Origin: Haemophilus parainfluenzae
GTDB lineage: Bacteria; Pseudomonadota; Gammaproteobacteria; Enterobacterales; Pasteurellaceae
Length of the DNA: 64,000 bases
Direction of reading: 5' to 3'
Assembly: GCA_018382395.1 (NCBI GenBank)
Contig: JAGZQB010000002.1
Coordinates: forward strand, 32,200-96,199
Shown: piece after piece, positions 45,865 through 56,962 of the stretch
Position numbering within the stretch: position 1 is the stretch's first letter
How the letters are laid out: the number at the start of each line of letters is the position of its first letter
Made by a program: the position numbers and the translations under genes
The notes under the pieces: model-generated
Told to the model about the DNA's origin: nothing
Databases searched by the model: none
What the model saw: the letters and a program-made list of their open reading frames with translations, nothing else

Positions 45865-46506
45865 TTACACACCATAACTTTCACGATAAGCCCGCATCGC
45901 AGGTAAATATTGCTGATAATCGGGTTCTTTTTCAATGAATTGCATTAAATCATCCAAATCAATAATGGAAAGCACTTGGCATTGATAGTCTCGTTCTACT
46001 TCTTGGATGGCAGACAGTTCCCCTTTGCCTTTTTCCTGACGATTTAATGCAATAAAGACAGCAGCTAATTTCGCGTTATTGGCTTCAAGAAGCGCCATGG
46101 ATTCACGAATGGCTGTGCCAGCTGTAATGACATCATCGACTAACAACACATTGCCGGTTAATGGGCTACCGATCAAATTACCGCCTTCACCGTGATCTTT
46201 GGCTTCTTTACGGTTAAAGCAAACAGGCGTATCACGGTTAAATTGATTGAATAGTGCAATGGAAACGCTTGTCGCAATTGGAATGCCTTTGTAGGCAGGC
46301 CCAAAAATGACATCAAAATCGACCGCACTTGATTGAATCGCTTTCGCATAGAATTCACCTAAGCGAGCAAGATCTGCGCCCGAGCTAAATAATCCTGCGT
46401 TAAAAAAATAAGGGCTTTTTCGACCTGATTTTAGTGCAAACTCGCCAAATTTAAGCACGTTACGGCTCAAGGCGAATTTAATAAATTCGATTTTGTAGCT
46501 TTCCAT
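45865..46506 (-). CDS. pyrE: orotate phosphoribosyltransferase
   Basis: 213 aa; PRPP-binding ..[13 protein letters not shown].. Confidence 0.95.
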   Translation of the reverse strand: MESYKIEFIKFALSRNVLKFGEFALKSGRKSPYFFNAGLFSSGADLARLGEFYAKAIQSSAVDFDVIFGPAYKGIPIATSVSIALFNQFNRDTPVCFNRKEAKDHGEGGNLIGSPLTGNVLLVDDVITAGTAIRESMALLEANNAKLAAVFIALNRQEKGKGELSAIQEVERDYQCQVLSIIDLDDLMQFIEKEPDYQQYLPAMRAYRESYGV

Positions 46507-46515
46507 TTTTTGTTC

Positions 46516-47232
46516 CTATAAACCTAATGCTTCACGTTGTGCAGCGAAGATTTGTTCGCAGCCTTGTTTTGCCAAGCCCAATAAGGTGAGTAATTCTTCG
46601 TGGCTGAATGGTTCGCCTTCTGCGGTACCTTGTACTTCAATCATACGGCCATCTTCCATCATGACAACGTTCATGTCTGTTTCAGCGGCTGAATCTTCCA
46701 CATATTCCAAATCACACACGGCTTCACCTTCAACAATTCCAACTGAAATTGCAGCAACCAGGCCTTTGATTGGATTGGTTTTTAATGTACCGTTAGCGAT
46801 TAAACCATTGATAGCATCACATAAAGCCACCGCTGCACCGGTGATAGACGCTGTTCTTGTACCGCCATCCGCTTGAATCACATCGCAGTCTAAGGTAATA
46901 GAACGTTCGCCAAGGGCCTCTAAGTCAACCATTGCACGTAATGAACGTGCGATTAAACGTTGAATTTCCATGGTACGTCCACCTTGTTTGCCTTTTGCAG
47001 CCTCACGTTGCATACGGCTGTGTGTAGAGCGTGGCAACATGCCATATTCTGCTGTCACCCAACCTTGATTTTGTCCTTTTAAGAAACGCGGTACGCTTTC
47101 ATCAACACTCGCCGTACATAATACTTTGGTATCACCAAATTCCACTAATACTGAGCCTTCAGCATGTTTCGTGTAATTACGGGTGATTTTGATTGGACGA
47201 GATTGATGATTTTCACGATTATTTGGACGCAT
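46516..47232 (-). CDS. rph: ribonuclease PH
   Basis: 238 aa; ..[19 protein letters not shown].. pyrE-rph synteny. Confidence 0.95.
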   Translation of the reverse strand: MRPNNRENHQSRPIKITRNYTKHAEGSVLVEFGDTKVLCTASVDESVPRFLKGQNQGWVTAEYGMLPRSTHSRMQREAAKGKQGGRTMEIQRLIARSLRAMVDLEALGERSITLDCDVIQADGGTRTASITGAAVALCDAINGLIANGTLKTNPIKGLVAAISVGIVEGEAVCDLEYVEDSAAETDMNVVMMEDGRMIEVQGTAEGEPFSHEELLTLLGLAKQGCEQIFAAQREALGL

Positions 47233-47295
47233 TCTGAATTCCTTTATTTTTATTGATAAAAAAAGCGTGCTTATTTTAGCACGCTTTTTAGTGTT

Positions 47296-49038
47296 TTATG
47301 GATTTGCTTGTTCAAACTCACGAATTTTATTAAACACATCTTGTAAATCTGTACCATAGTTAATTTTTTGCAATTCAGGCACAGAGTTAGATTTTACTAA
47401 CATTCTGAGTGGTTGGAATTGCATATTGCACAAGTAGATTTGTTGATGTGGCAACATATGTTGTACAAAGTGGGTGAGTGCATGAATACCCCCTGTATCC
47501 AGAACAGTCACGGCATCGCATTGTAATACGATATGTTTTATCTCGTGATCGGTATGTACGGTTTTATCGTGCAAATCTGCAAAGAGTTTATCTGCCGCTG
47601 CAAAGAACAATGGACCGCTGATACGATAAGCTAACACATCATCTAAATCTTCTGGCACAGGTTGTTCAATCGTTTTTGTCATTTCTGCAATGGTACGGAT
47701 AAATAAGAGGCTCGCTAATAATACGCCGACAGAGATGGCGATTACCATATCAAATAACACAGTGAGAATTAAGCAAGTGAACAACACAGCAATTTCGTTT
47801 TTTGTGGAGCGACGCGCCAAACGAATGATTTCAGGTACATTCGCCATATGCCAAGCTACCATTAATAGCAATGCAGCCATAGAAGAGAGTGGTAAATAAG
47901 ACAGGGCATTCGCAAAGAATAATAGCGAGAATAAAACTAAGAGTGCATGAATTACACTGGCTATTGGTGATACCGCTCCAGATTTTACATTGGCTGCGGA
48001 ACGTGCAATTGCCGCGGTTGCCGTAATGCCGCCTAAGAATGGTGAAATAATATTACCTAAACCTTGGGCGAGTAATTCATTATTGGAATGATGTTTGGTA
48101 TCCGTCATATTATCTAAGATGACCGCACAAAGTAGCGATTCAATTGCGCCTAATACAGCCATTGAAAAGGCTGCAGGCAAGATATCTTGTATGCGATCAA
48201 AATTCCAATTGATGACTTCACCTTGTGCATTAGGAATATTCCAAGGTAAGGCAAATTCAGGCAAGACATTAGGGATACCATGTCCTGTTGTACCGTCAGA
48301 TAAGGTATATTGGAATGCCGTACCAATAGTTTCAACGGAGAAACCAAATTGTCCTAAGGCTAATGCCATAAGTGTCCCAATAATGACCGCAGGTAAATGA
48401 CCCGGCACGGGTAAACGAAGCTTATGCCATTGGGTGAGTACAAATAATGTGACTACACCAACAGCGGTATCTGCCCAGTTAATCGTCGGAAGTGCGGTCA
48501 AAATAGCTTGCACTTTTTCAATATAGTGAGGTGGCATCTGAGCAATGTCTAAACCTAAGAAATCTTTGATTTGCAGAGTGCCGATGGTGATCCCAATTCC
48601 GCAGGTAAAGCCAAGTGTAACGGGGAGAGGAATGTACTCAATTAATCGCCCTAATCGCGATAAGGCCATAATAACTAAAATAATCCCCGAAAGTAGTGTC
48701 GCCATAAGTAACCCGCTGAGCCCAAATTGTTGGGTAACGGGATATAAAATCACGACAAATGCGGCGGTTGGCCCAGAAATATTAAAACGCGATCCACCGG
48801 TTAACGCAATCACGATACCAGCCACGATAGCAGTATAAAGACCGTGTTGTGGTGGAACACCGCTGGCGATCGCCAAGGCCATGGAGAGGGGAATCGCAAT
48901 AACTCCCACGGTGAGACCCGCGATAATATCTTTTATCAATTTTTGTTTTCCGTAACCTTCACGGAAAGATTCTTTCAATGCGCTAAATGGTTTTACCGCC
49001 AAAAACACATTTTTAGAAAAGAGTGATTTGATTTGCAT
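47296..49038 (-). CDS. SulP-family anion transporter with C-terminal STAS domain
   Basis: 580 aa; SulP TM core plus STAS domain. Confidence 0.85.
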   Translation of the reverse strand: MQIKSLFSKNVFLAVKPFSALKESFREGYGKQKLIKDIIAGLTVGVIAIPLSMALAIASGVPPQHGLYTAIVAGIVIALTGGSRFNISGPTAAFVVILYPVTQQFGLSGLLMATLLSGIILVIMALSRLGRLIEYIPLPVTLGFTCGIGITIGTLQIKDFLGLDIAQMPPHYIEKVQAILTALPTINWADTAVGVVTLFVLTQWHKLRLPVPGHLPAVIIGTLMALALGQFGFSVETIGTAFQYTLSDGTTGHGIPNVLPEFALPWNIPNAQGEVINWNFDRIQDILPAAFSMAVLGAIESLLCAVILDNMTDTKHHSNNELLAQGLGNIISPFLGGITATAAIARSAANVKSGAVSPIASVIHALLVLFSLLFFANALSYLPLSSMAALLLMVAWHMANVPEIIRLARRSTKNEIAVLFTCLILTVLFDMVIAISVGVLLASLLFIRTIAEMTKTIEQPVPEDLDDVLAYRISGPLFFAAADKLFADLHDKTVHTDHEIKHIVLQCDAVTVLDTGGIHALTHFVQHMLPHQQIYLCNMQFQPLRMLVKSNSVPELQKINYGTDLQDVFNKIREFEQANP

Positions 49039-49163
49039 AAAAATACGACGATAGAAAAGAGATAAGTTTATATTTTAGCTAAAAGGAAAAGGATTTTTTA
49101 TGTTCTAGCTCAAAAAACTTGACTAATCTTAGATAAATCTTTATATTTCACGCACTTCAAAAC

Positions 49164-49253
49164 GGTGAGATGTCCGAGTGGTTGAAGGAGCACGCCTGGA
49201 AAGCGTGTATGTGCGAAAGTGCATCGGGGGTTCGAATCCCCCTCTCACCGCCA
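49164..49253 (+). tRNA. serW: tRNA-Ser (anticodon GGA)
   Basis: GGTGAGATGTCCGAGTGG..CCTGGAAAGCG..GGTTCGAATCCCCCTCTCACCGCCA; long variable arm; near-identical to E. coli serW/serX. Confidence 0.9.
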
Positions 49254-49324
49254 TTCAAATTACAATCCTTTATAAATATCCGATTATTTTTCAAATCATA
49301 GATTCTCGATATCTTATGGGGATA

Positions 49325-49356
49325 AAAAAGCACGCATTAAGCGTGCTTTTGTTATT
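49325..49356. terminator. bidirectional terminator between tRNA-Ser and the adhesin gene
   Basis: aaaaagcacgcattaagcgtgcttttgtt. Confidence 0.65.
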
Positions 49357-49371
49357 TATACGAGTGTTTAG

Positions 49372-50559
49372 TTAGCGCCAACGTATACCAACACCTGCAC
49401 CCGCACCAAAATCACCACGGCTACTTGCAGTACCGCCTACTTTAAATAGTAGTTTGCCATTATCAGAAGCACGAGAATAACCGACTGCTAGCGCACTTTC
49501 ATTACGGAAAGTTCCTGCACCTACACCAAGCACGCTTTCCCCAGAAGTAATTGCTTGGGGGACTTGTGTTAACGCAATAGCGCTAGAAATCCCTGCACGT
49601 AATTTTTTCACGTTGTGTTTCAAATCTGAGCGCAATGATTCAGTAGAACGTGTCATTTCAGAGCGTAAATCAGAAATCTCTTTTGTATTTGTTATGACTT
49701 GATTTGATAAGTAATCTAAACGTGAAGCGTTGTTCGCAATATTTTGCACGTTATTGTTTACTTTATCAGCAAGTGCTTTGGTGTTTTGAGTATTACTTGA
49801 TGAATTATGGCTGATTCTATTTTTTAGATCATCGATATCAGTTCTGTTCGTTTGAATATTGTTTGTATTATTTTTTACTTGGTTATCTAGGTTATTTAGA
49901 TTTTTTTCGGTATCCGTAACACGCCCTTCTACACCCGTGATACGATTATCTAAATCCTTACGATTCTCCGTAATACGATTATCTAAATCTTTGCGATTTT
50001 CAGTAATTCTTTCATCTAGTACTCGGCGATCTTCAGTAATGCGACCATCTAAACGACCCACTTCATCATTGATGCGATTATTTAGATTTTTATCTGTTTG
50101 ATTTAAACGTTCATCAACACCAGTAATACGATTATTTAAATCTTTCTGAGCATTGGTGATGCGATCATCAAGACGTCCCACTTCAGTTGTTACACGATTA
50201 TCAATTTCAGTTTGAGTATTCGTAATACGTTCATCTAATGCTCGACGATTTTCTGTGATATCTTTATCTAAACGCCCCACTTCGTTATTAATGCGGTTGT
50301 TGAGATTTTTATCTGTTTCATTAATACGATCATTTAAATTTTTGTCCGTTTGATTTAGTCGAACATCGACACCCGTGATGCGATCGTCAAGTTCTTTACG
50401 CTCATTTGTAATTCGATTATCAAGAACTGAACGAGTTTCAGTAATACGCTCGTCGAGTCTTCCTACTTGAGTATAAACTTCAGTTTTTGTTGCGCTATCT
50501 TCTGCGAAAGCAAGAGATGCACTTCCAAATAAACATACAAATAATAGTGTTTTTTTCAT
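49372..50559 (-). CDS. small trimeric autotransporter adhesin (Oca/YadA-like family) with hendecad-repeat coiled-coil stalk
   Basis: Signal peptide MKKTLLFVCLFGSASLAFA; about 15 consecutive 11-residue repeats (LDxRITxxxxx); C-terminal YadA-type anchor ..AIALTQVPQ..GVGAGTF..ALAVGYS..KVGGTASSRGDFGAGAGVGIRW. Confidence 0.75.
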   Translation of the reverse strand: MKKTLLFVCLFGSASLAFAEDSATKTEVYTQVGRLDERITETRSVLDNRITNERKELDDRITGVDVRLNQTDKNLNDRINETDKNLNNRINNEVGRLDKDITENRRALDERITNTQTEIDNRVTTEVGRLDDRITNAQKDLNNRITGVDERLNQTDKNLNNRINDEVGRLDGRITEDRRVLDERITENRKDLDNRITENRKDLDNRITGVEGRVTDTEKNLNNLDNQVKNNTNNIQTNRTDIDDLKNRISHNSSSNTQNTKALADKVNNNVQNIANNASRLDYLSNQVITNTKEISDLRSEMTRSTESLRSDLKHNVKKLRAGISSAIALTQVPQAITSGESVLGVGAGTFRNESALAVGYSRASDNGKLLFKVGGTASSRGDFGAGAGVGIRWR

Positions 50560-50750
50560 TAGGTTTAATTCCTTTAAATAAAAAATATCCGAAATATCAT
50601 AAAAGTTTCATTCGGTATGAAACGAAATGAATAATACTTGTATGAAATAATTTGGTAAATATTTTAACGTAAAACTTTACAAAGATTTACATTGTAAAAC
50701 AATGGTTTATGATTTTGTGAGATGATTTGATTTTTTGAGAATGTATATAA

Positions 50751-50827
<77 letters not shown>

Positions 50828-50879
50828 ATTTTAAGGGTTACATCTTTTGTATGGAATTTCGAGGGAAATATAAAAGAAG

Positions 50880-50956
50880 TGGTCGGCGAGATAGGATTTG
50901 AACCTACGACCCACTGGTCCCAAACCAGTTGCGCTACCAAGCTGCGCTACTCGCCG
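50880..50956 (-). tRNA. proL: tRNA-Pro (anticodon GGG)
   Basis: Reverse complement CGGCGAGTAGCGCAGCTTGGTAGCGCAACTGGTTTGGGACCAGTGGGTCGTAGGTTCAAATCCTATCTCGCCGACCA; matches E. coli proL. Confidence 0.9.
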
Positions 50957-51133
50957 ACGATTGAGCACAATTATAGTGAGCTTTTCTTTTCAGTCAATTA
51001 ATTTTTTAGATTCCTCTTTCAATTGCTCAAAATTATTCCAGTTTTTCAACCGCACTTTTGTTGTCTTTGTAAAATAAGGCGTTGTCAGTTAAAATAGCAA
51101 ACGTTTACTTAATGCCATCTTGAGGAAAAACGC

Positions 51134-51991
51134 ATGACCGCTCAAATTATTTCAGGTACTGAACTATCAAAAAAAATTAAATCGGATGTTGCCAATAAAA
51201 TTGAACATTATCGTGCTCAAGGTAAACGAGCCCCTGGACTTGCGGTAATTTTGGTGGGAGCAGATCCTGCTTCTCAAGTCTATGTTGGCAGTAAACGAAA
51301 AAGTTGTGAGGAAATCGGGATGGTTTCAAAATCCTATGATTTACCTGAAACCACTTCGGAAGCAGAACTACTGCAACTGATAGATCAATTAAATGCCGAT
51401 GAAACGATTGATGGTATTCTTGTGCAACTTCCATTACCTGAACAAATTAATAGCACATCAGTGATTGAGCGTATTAGCCCTGAAAAAGATGTGGATGGTT
51501 TCCACCCTTATAATGTTGGGCGCTTATGTCAGCGTATTCCAACTTTACGCGCCTGCACCCCTTATGGTGTGATGAAATTATTAGAAACCACAGGTATCGA
51601 TTTGCACGGTAAGCATGCGGTGATCGTCGGTGCATCAAATATTGTGGGTCGTCCAATGTCACTCGAATTATTGTTGGCAGGCGCTACTGTTACAGTGACG
51701 CACCGTTTCACCAAAGATTTAGAGCATCATATTCGTCAGGCAGATGTTTTAGTGGTAGCTGTGGGTAAACCTCGTTTTATTCCAGGCGATTGGATTAAAG
51801 AAGGGGCAACAGTCATTGATGTAGGGATTAACCGTATCAATGGTAAATTAGTGGGCGATGTGGAATATGATGTGGCGATACAAAAAGCGGCTTATATTAC
51901 ACCAGTACCGGGTGGAGTAGGGCCAATGACGGTTGCCATGCTGATGTTTAATACACTTTATGCCTATGAGCGTAACAATCAACTCGTTTAA
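51134..51991 (+). CDS. folD: bifunctional methylenetetrahydrofolate dehydrogenase/cyclohydrolase
   Basis: 285 aa; ..[18 protein letters not shown].. and GRS..VG.P motifs. Confidence 0.95.
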   Translation: MTAQIISGTELSKKIKSDVANKIEHYRAQGKRAPGLAVILVGADPASQVYVGSKRKSCEEIGMVSKSYDLPETTSEAELLQLIDQLNADETIDGILVQLPLPEQINSTSVIERISPEKDVDGFHPYNVGRLCQRIPTLRACTPYGVMKLLETTGIDLHGKHAVIVGASNIVGRPMSLELLLAGATVTVTHRFTKDLEHHIRQADVLVVAVGKPRFIPGDWIKEGATVIDVGINRINGKLVGDVEYDVAIQKAAYITPVPGGVGPMTVAMLMFNTLYAYERNNQLV

Positions 51992-51997
51992 GAAATA

Positions 51998-52027
51998 AAA
52001 AAGTGCGGTGAAATTTGACCGCACTTT
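51998..52027. terminator. bidirectional USS-pair terminator (folD / ndh)
   Basis: aaaaagtgcggtgaaatttgaccgcacttt. Confidence 0.7.
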
Positions 52028-52030
52028 GTC

Positions 52031-53365
52031 TTAATGTAATTTCAATCTTGGTTTTAAATAGTGGTTAAGTTTATCCACTAAAATAATCAAGCCGATCTTA
52101 ATACATCCATGCAAAGCATGTTGATGCATACGATATAAAGACACATACGCAAATTGTGCAAATTTACCTTGAACAGTCAGAGGGTTTTTCCCAAATTTAT
52201 TTGAGATGCTACCCAATGCGGTAAAGCTTGAAAGAGAAACCAAGGTGCCTTTATCGTTGTATTTGAATGCTTTTAATGGTTTTTGCTCAAAAAGTGCAAA
52301 GATATTTTTTGCACAAGCTTTTGCCATTTGGTGTGCCGCTTGCGCTCTTGGCGGGACTAATTTACCGTTTGGTTGCATTAATGCTGCACAGTCGCCAATG
52401 GCAAAAATACTATCATCTACTGTAGTTTGAAGGGTATCTTTTACCACTAATTGATTGATGCGGTTAAGCTCTAATCCATCGAATTGCTGTGTCACCGTTG
52501 AGGTACGAACACCCGCCGCCCACACAATGAGATCAGCTTTAATTTCTTCACCATCTTTGGTAATAAGCGTGTTTGGTTGGGCTTCCGTGATCATCGTATT
52601 TAATTTCACGTTAGCACCCATTTCTTGCAATTCCTCTAATACCGCTGCAGATAAATTTTCAGGTAGAGCAGGTAATAAGCGAGGACCTGCTTCAACTAAG
52701 GTGACTTGCAAGCAAGAATTATCAATTTTACCGTAACCGTAAGAAGATAAGTCTTCAGTCGCATGATAAAGCTCAGCAGTTAATTCCACACCAGTAGCGC
52801 CACCACCAACAATCGCAATATTGACTTTGCTTTCATCGACTAATTTTTGTTTAAACTCTTCTTCACCGATATCATCTAATGCACGGTTTTCAGAGAATTT
52901 AAGGAATAATTCCAACATTCTTTGTTGGAAGCGAAGCGCTTGATCAGAACTGTCTAAGAAAATACAGTTATCGGCCACACCTTTTGTATTGAAATCATTC
53001 GATTTACTGCCAATTGCAATCACTAAGTAATCATAAGGAATACGGCGTGCAACCACGAGCATATCGCCTTCTTGCCCATAAACAGGGGCAAGTTCAACAT
53101 ATTTTTGCTCACGATTGATACGCGTGATCGAACCTTGTTCAAAGCTAAAATGGTGGTTTTTCCCGTGTGCACGATAGCTCAGAGAATCTGTGCCATCATC
53201 CATTACACCTGTAGCAATTTCATGTAATAAGGGTTTCCACAAGTGGGTCGCATTGTGATCCACAAGCGTCACTTTAGCCTGTTTTTTACGACCTAATTTG
53301 TCGCCTAAAAATGTCGCTAATTCAATGCCGCCGGCGCCACCACCAACGATCACGACGTTTTTCAT
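52031..53365 (-). CDS. ndh: type II NADH:quinone oxidoreductase
   Basis: MKNVVIVGGGAGGIELATFLG.. two Rossmann GxGxxG motifs; 444 aa. Confidence 0.9.
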   Translation of the reverse strand: MKNVVIVGGGAGGIELATFLGDKLGRKKQAKVTLVDHNATHLWKPLLHEIATGVMDDGTDSLSYRAHGKNHHFSFEQGSITRINREQKYVELAPVYGQEGDMLVVARRIPYDYLVIAIGSKSNDFNTKGVADNCIFLDSSDQALRFQQRMLELFLKFSENRALDDIGEEEFKQKLVDESKVNIAIVGGGATGVELTAELYHATEDLSSYGYGKIDNSCLQVTLVEAGPRLLPALPENLSAAVLEELQEMGANVKLNTMITEAQPNTLITKDGEEIKADLIVWAAGVRTSTVTQQFDGLELNRINQLVVKDTLQTTVDDSIFAIGDCAALMQPNGKLVPPRAQAAHQMAKACAKNIFALFEQKPLKAFKYNDKGTLVSLSSFTALGSISNKFGKNPLTVQGKFAQFAYVSLYRMHQHALHGCIKIGLIILVDKLNHYLKPRLKLH

Positions 53366-53465
53366 AAAGTACTCCTAAAAGCAAAATTGTTAAAAATGTT
53401 AAACTAATGTAATGATAGCATAACAAATAAACAAGACGAAAAAATTTAATGGAAATGACCGCACT

Positions 53466-54089
53466 TTATTGATGGCAGCGATTGTAAAGCGGTTGCAATT
53501 GTTGAATGGTTTGGGTGATAAATAAAACGGGATCGATTTGATGGAGTTCAGCTTTTTCAATGCTTTTTCCAATGCACCAAAAATCTTCATCTGAACGCAA
53601 GAGTAAATCTTTTTCAGAGATGGCTTTTACTTTGCGAAAATCATCATATTCACTTTCATCTTCTCGCCAAATATCAAAATCAGCAAATTGTTTGAAATCA
53701 AATTGATCAAGCCACTGATTATATTGTTGCACATTAATTTGTGAGCGATCTGCACGATAGCAATGCCAATCTAAACACACTCTTAGTCGGCGACGATTTA
53801 ATAGCACAGAAAAAATGGCTGCAGAATTTTGGTTGAACTCGTATTTAAAATAAGCAAAGAAATGCGCGCGTACCTGCCAGCCATTGGTCCAGCTTTCAAT
53901 ATGTGGTTTCGCAAAAGGCATGCCAAGTTGCTTTGCCACTTCTTGAATAATCGCTTTCCAATTATCCCAATGTAATTTGTAATCAGCTTTAATTGCCGGA
54001 ATATCTTCCGGGCAGAATTTCTTCATTTGGGCGAATTGATAGAAAGGAATATTGAACAGTTCGCAAGATTCAGCAGTAAGCGAGAGCAT
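53466..54089 (-). CDS. conserved hypothetical protein (207 aa, Trp/Cys-rich, no recognised domain)
   Basis: Long ORF 9 bp downstream of apaH on the same strand, so probably co-transcribed. Confidence 0.5.
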   Translation of the reverse strand: MLSLTAESCELFNIPFYQFAQMKKFCPEDIPAIKADYKLHWDNWKAIIQEVAKQLGMPFAKPHIESWTNGWQVRAHFFAYFKYEFNQNSAAIFSVLLNRRRLRVCLDWHCYRADRSQINVQQYNQWLDQFDFKQFADFDIWREDESEYDDFRKVKAISEKDLLLRSDEDFWCIGKSIEKAELHQIDPVLFITQTIQQLQPLYNRCHQ

Positions 54090-54098
54090 GGCGTTTCC

Positions 54099-54926
54099 TT
54101 AAAAATCACTGTAATTTTTGACCGCACTTTGAGTGAAGAGCTGTTTGTCTTCCCAACGCAATAGGGTCATTCGATTATTCCATACACATCCTGTATCCAA
54201 GGCATAAATACCTGGTGGAGTAGGCTCATCCACTAAACTTGCCCAATGTCCAAATACAATGGGAATTTGTTTATAAAGAGGATTATCTAAATTAAACCAA
54301 GGCGTGAGTTCAGCTGGTGCATCTTTTAAAGGGGATTTACAGGCAAAATCAAAACGATGATCTAAATAACAAAAACGCATTCGAGTGAAAGCATTAATAA
54401 TGTAACGATGACGTGCTAAGCCCTGCAAATCTGGCGACCAGCGATCAGGCTGTTCAGAATACATATTTTCAATGAGATAATGAAAATCCCCATTTTGTAA
54501 AATCTGTTCCACTTCAGCCGCACAAGATTTCGCAGTTTCCAAATCCCAATCAGGCGAAATGCCTGCGTGTGCCATCAGGAAGTTTAATTCTTCATTGTGT
54601 ACAAGTAATGGCTGATGACGTAACCAGTGAATCAGCTCATCAAAATCGGGTGCATTAAAAATGGCATCGACACGATCACGCGGTTTCACTTGTTTAATAC
54701 CTAGTGCGGTCGCAATTAAGTGTAAATCGTGATTGCCTAGTACGGTTTGTGCGGCATTACCAAGTGATTTTACGAAACGAAGACATTCAAGTGATTTATC
54801 CCCACGCGCCACAAGATCCCCCACAAGATACAGTTTATCTTGCGTAGGATTGAAATCTACACGTGCTAATAAAAGCTGTAATTCATCATAACAGCCTTGC
54901 AAATCACCAACGAAATAGGTTGACAT
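54099..54926 (-). CDS. apaH: bis(5'-nucleosyl)-tetraphosphatase (symmetrical)
   Basis: [29 protein letters not shown] metallophosphatase motifs. Confidence 0.9.
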   Translation of the reverse strand: MSTYFVGDLQGCYDELQLLLARVDFNPTQDKLYLVGDLVARGDKSLECLRFVKSLGNAAQTVLGNHDLHLIATALGIKQVKPRDRVDAIFNAPDFDELIHWLRHQPLLVHNEELNFLMAHAGISPDWDLETAKSCAAEVEQILQNGDFHYLIENMYSEQPDRWSPDLQGLARHRYIINAFTRMRFCYLDHRFDFACKSPLKDAPAELTPWFNLDNPLYKQIPIVFGHWASLVDEPTPPGIYALDTGCVWNNRMTLLRWEDKQLFTQSAVKNYSDF

Positions 54927-55087
54927 TCTTTCTACAATGCTCCAGTTATGGTTATTAGGTTTTGGCAGTCTTTATGCTAAACATTTACCATAAATTCTAG
55001 CATAGATTTTTTGTGAAGATACTATTCATTTCATGATCTTAAAATAGTAAGATAGCCTGCAATTTAAGGCAGATATGATGTTTTTCT

Positions 55088-55936
55088 ATGTATTCTATTG
55101 AACATAAAAATGTAGTGATTAGTATTTCAACGGCGGATAAACGTCGAAATCACATTATCGATCAATTCGGTCAGAAACAAATTCCCTTTGAATTTTTTGA
55201 TGCATTCACACCTTCTGATCGACTTGATGCTCATTTACAGCGTTATCTTCCAAATGTTGAAGCTACATCAAAACTCACGGCAGGAGAAAAGGGCTGTTTG
55301 GTGAGTCACTTTATGTTATGGAAAAAGTGTGTTGACGATAATTTAGATTATATTTCTATTTTTGAGGATGATATTCTGCTTGGAGATAATGCAGAACAAT
55401 ATCTTGCGAATGATGAATGGCTAAAAGAGCGGTTTGATTTTCAAGAGATTTTTGTTTTGCGTTTAGAAACATTTTTAATGCCTGTTCAACTGGAAAAACA
55501 GCAACAAATTTTACCTTTCCAAGAAAGAAACATTGATATTTTAAAATCAAAGCATTTTGGTACAGCTGGTTATATTATCTCTAATGGCGCAGCGAAATAC
55601 CTCATTAATTTATTTGAAAACCTCGCGGTAGATGAAGTCAAAGCAATTGATGAGATCATGTTTAATGAACAGATTAATGTCGGTGTCTATCAAGTATATC
55701 AACTTAATCCTGCCATTTGTGTTCAAGAATTGCAGTTAAATCAAGAAAATAGCTTATTGGTAAGTGACTTGCAGCAGGAGCGTAAAAAAAATACGGCAGT
55801 GCACACCAAGAAAACATTGAAACAGCGTTTAATTCGGGTGAAGGAAAATATTATACGAGCGCTAAATAAAGAAAAATGGAAAGAACAACAGCGCCTGAAA
55901 GAAATGCAAGGTAAAGAAATTGTTCGTTTTATGTAG
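55088..55936 (+). CDS. GT25-family LOS/LPS glycosyltransferase (Lic2A/LpsA-like)
   Basis: ..ISISTADKRRNHIIDQFGQKQIPFEFFDAF.. GT25 pattern. Same position relative to apaH/ksgA as H. influenzae lic2A (recollection). No 5' CAAT repeats. Confidence 0.75.
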   Translation: MYSIEHKNVVISISTADKRRNHIIDQFGQKQIPFEFFDAFTPSDRLDAHLQRYLPNVEATSKLTAGEKGCLVSHFMLWKKCVDDNLDYISIFEDDILLGDNAEQYLANDEWLKERFDFQEIFVLRLETFLMPVQLEKQQQILPFQERNIDILKSKHFGTAGYIISNGAAKYLINLFENLAVDEVKAIDEIMFNEQINVGVYQVYQLNPAICVQELQLNQENSLLVSDLQQERKKNTAVHTKKTLKQRLIRVKENIIRALNKEKWKEQQRLKEMQGKEIVRFM

Positions 55937-55961
55937 ATAAGCTGATGAAATACTTTATATA

Positions 55962-55985
55962 GGCTTAATCTCTTAAGCCTATTCG
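55962..55985. terminator. bidirectional terminator between convergent glycosyltransferase genes
   Basis: ataggcttaatctcttaagcctat. Confidence 0.55.
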
Positions 55986-56070
55986 TAAAAAGCGATTTAC
56001 ACGCAAAATCAAAGTAATGATACTTTAAGCCTTGAAAACCACCAATGAAGCTGGTTGTCATTTTAGAAAA

Positions 56071-56961
56071 TTAAAAGATGTGATAGACAAATTTATACTT
56101 AATTTCTCTAATGAGCCTTCTTACTTTTGTTCTAAAGTCAACAACATCAAAATCAGCCTTAAAAGCAGGATAACTATTGCAGATTTCCTTAAATAGTGAA
56201 TACCCTAAATTAGCTTTTAAGTGAGAACTTCGGCTAGACCAAAACTTATCTGGCCCAGGATAATGGTAAATAACTGCAGGAAATTGAATTTCTCGTTCTT
56301 TTCGATATTTTATATAGCCAGATTCAGATGGCGTGAAGTTAAATCTTGTATTTATAAATTTAACATCGTCTTTGAAAATACCATTTAAGATATCCTGATC
56401 TTGATACTTTATAACGTCCTTATATTTATTTAACCACGTCAGACTCATCTCTAGAACATTCAATTCTCGCCATCTTCGCATATTGATAAGAAGCACTCCG
56501 GCGTTAAAATAATGATGATTTTCTAAGCCAATTTTGGCCTTGTAATCGGCTTGCTCAATTTCAATAAAGAAATCCTTACATGCTGCAAGTGAATACTGTT
56601 CGATATCAGTATTCCATAAATCATCTAATGAGCCATTTGTTAGCGTATCAACATCAATATAAAGTAACTTATCTACATCAGGGATATATTGAGTTATATT
56701 TAATCTGGCATAGGTTGCTAAAGAAATATAATTTATTGTAATGGGAAAGTTAGCAAATTCATCTTTATCCACACTTATAAACTTGATACTTTTCCCATGA
56801 TTGTAAACGATATTTGCTATAATTTCTTTATTGTTATTATCAATGCCAAAATCCAAAATATAGAAACAAATTTCAGATTCAGAATTATTTTTTAATACAC
56901 TTAATATGCTGACGGCTAAATATGGTGCATAGTTATTATCAGATGAAAACGCGACATTCAT
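56071..56961 (-). CDS. GT8-family LOS glycosyltransferase (LgtC/RfaJ-like)
   Basis: MNVAFSSDNNYAPYLAVSILSVLKNN..; DxD (YIDVDT); no 5' GACA repeats. Confidence 0.8.
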   Translation of the reverse strand: MNVAFSSDNNYAPYLAVSILSVLKNNSESEICFYILDFGIDNNNKEIIANIVYNHGKSIKFISVDKDEFANFPITINYISLATYARLNITQYIPDVDKLLYIDVDTLTNGSLDDLWNTDIEQYSLAACKDFFIEIEQADYKAKIGLENHHYFNAGVLLINMRRWRELNVLEMSLTWLNKYKDVIKYQDQDILNGIFKDDVKFINTRFNFTPSESGYIKYRKEREIQFPAVIYHYPGPDKFWSSRSSHLKANLGYSLFKEICNSYPAFKADFDVVDFRTKVRRLIREIKYKFVYHIF

Positions 56962-56962
56962 A

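Noticed and set aside
49372-50559. Considered calling this ORF an Lpp-like lipoprotein or coiled-coil phage tail fibre because of the heptad/hendecad repeats
   Set aside because: The signal peptide has no lipobox Cys, and the C-terminal 70 residues match the YadA-type trimeric autotransporter anchor (alternating G/A beta-strands ending in W).
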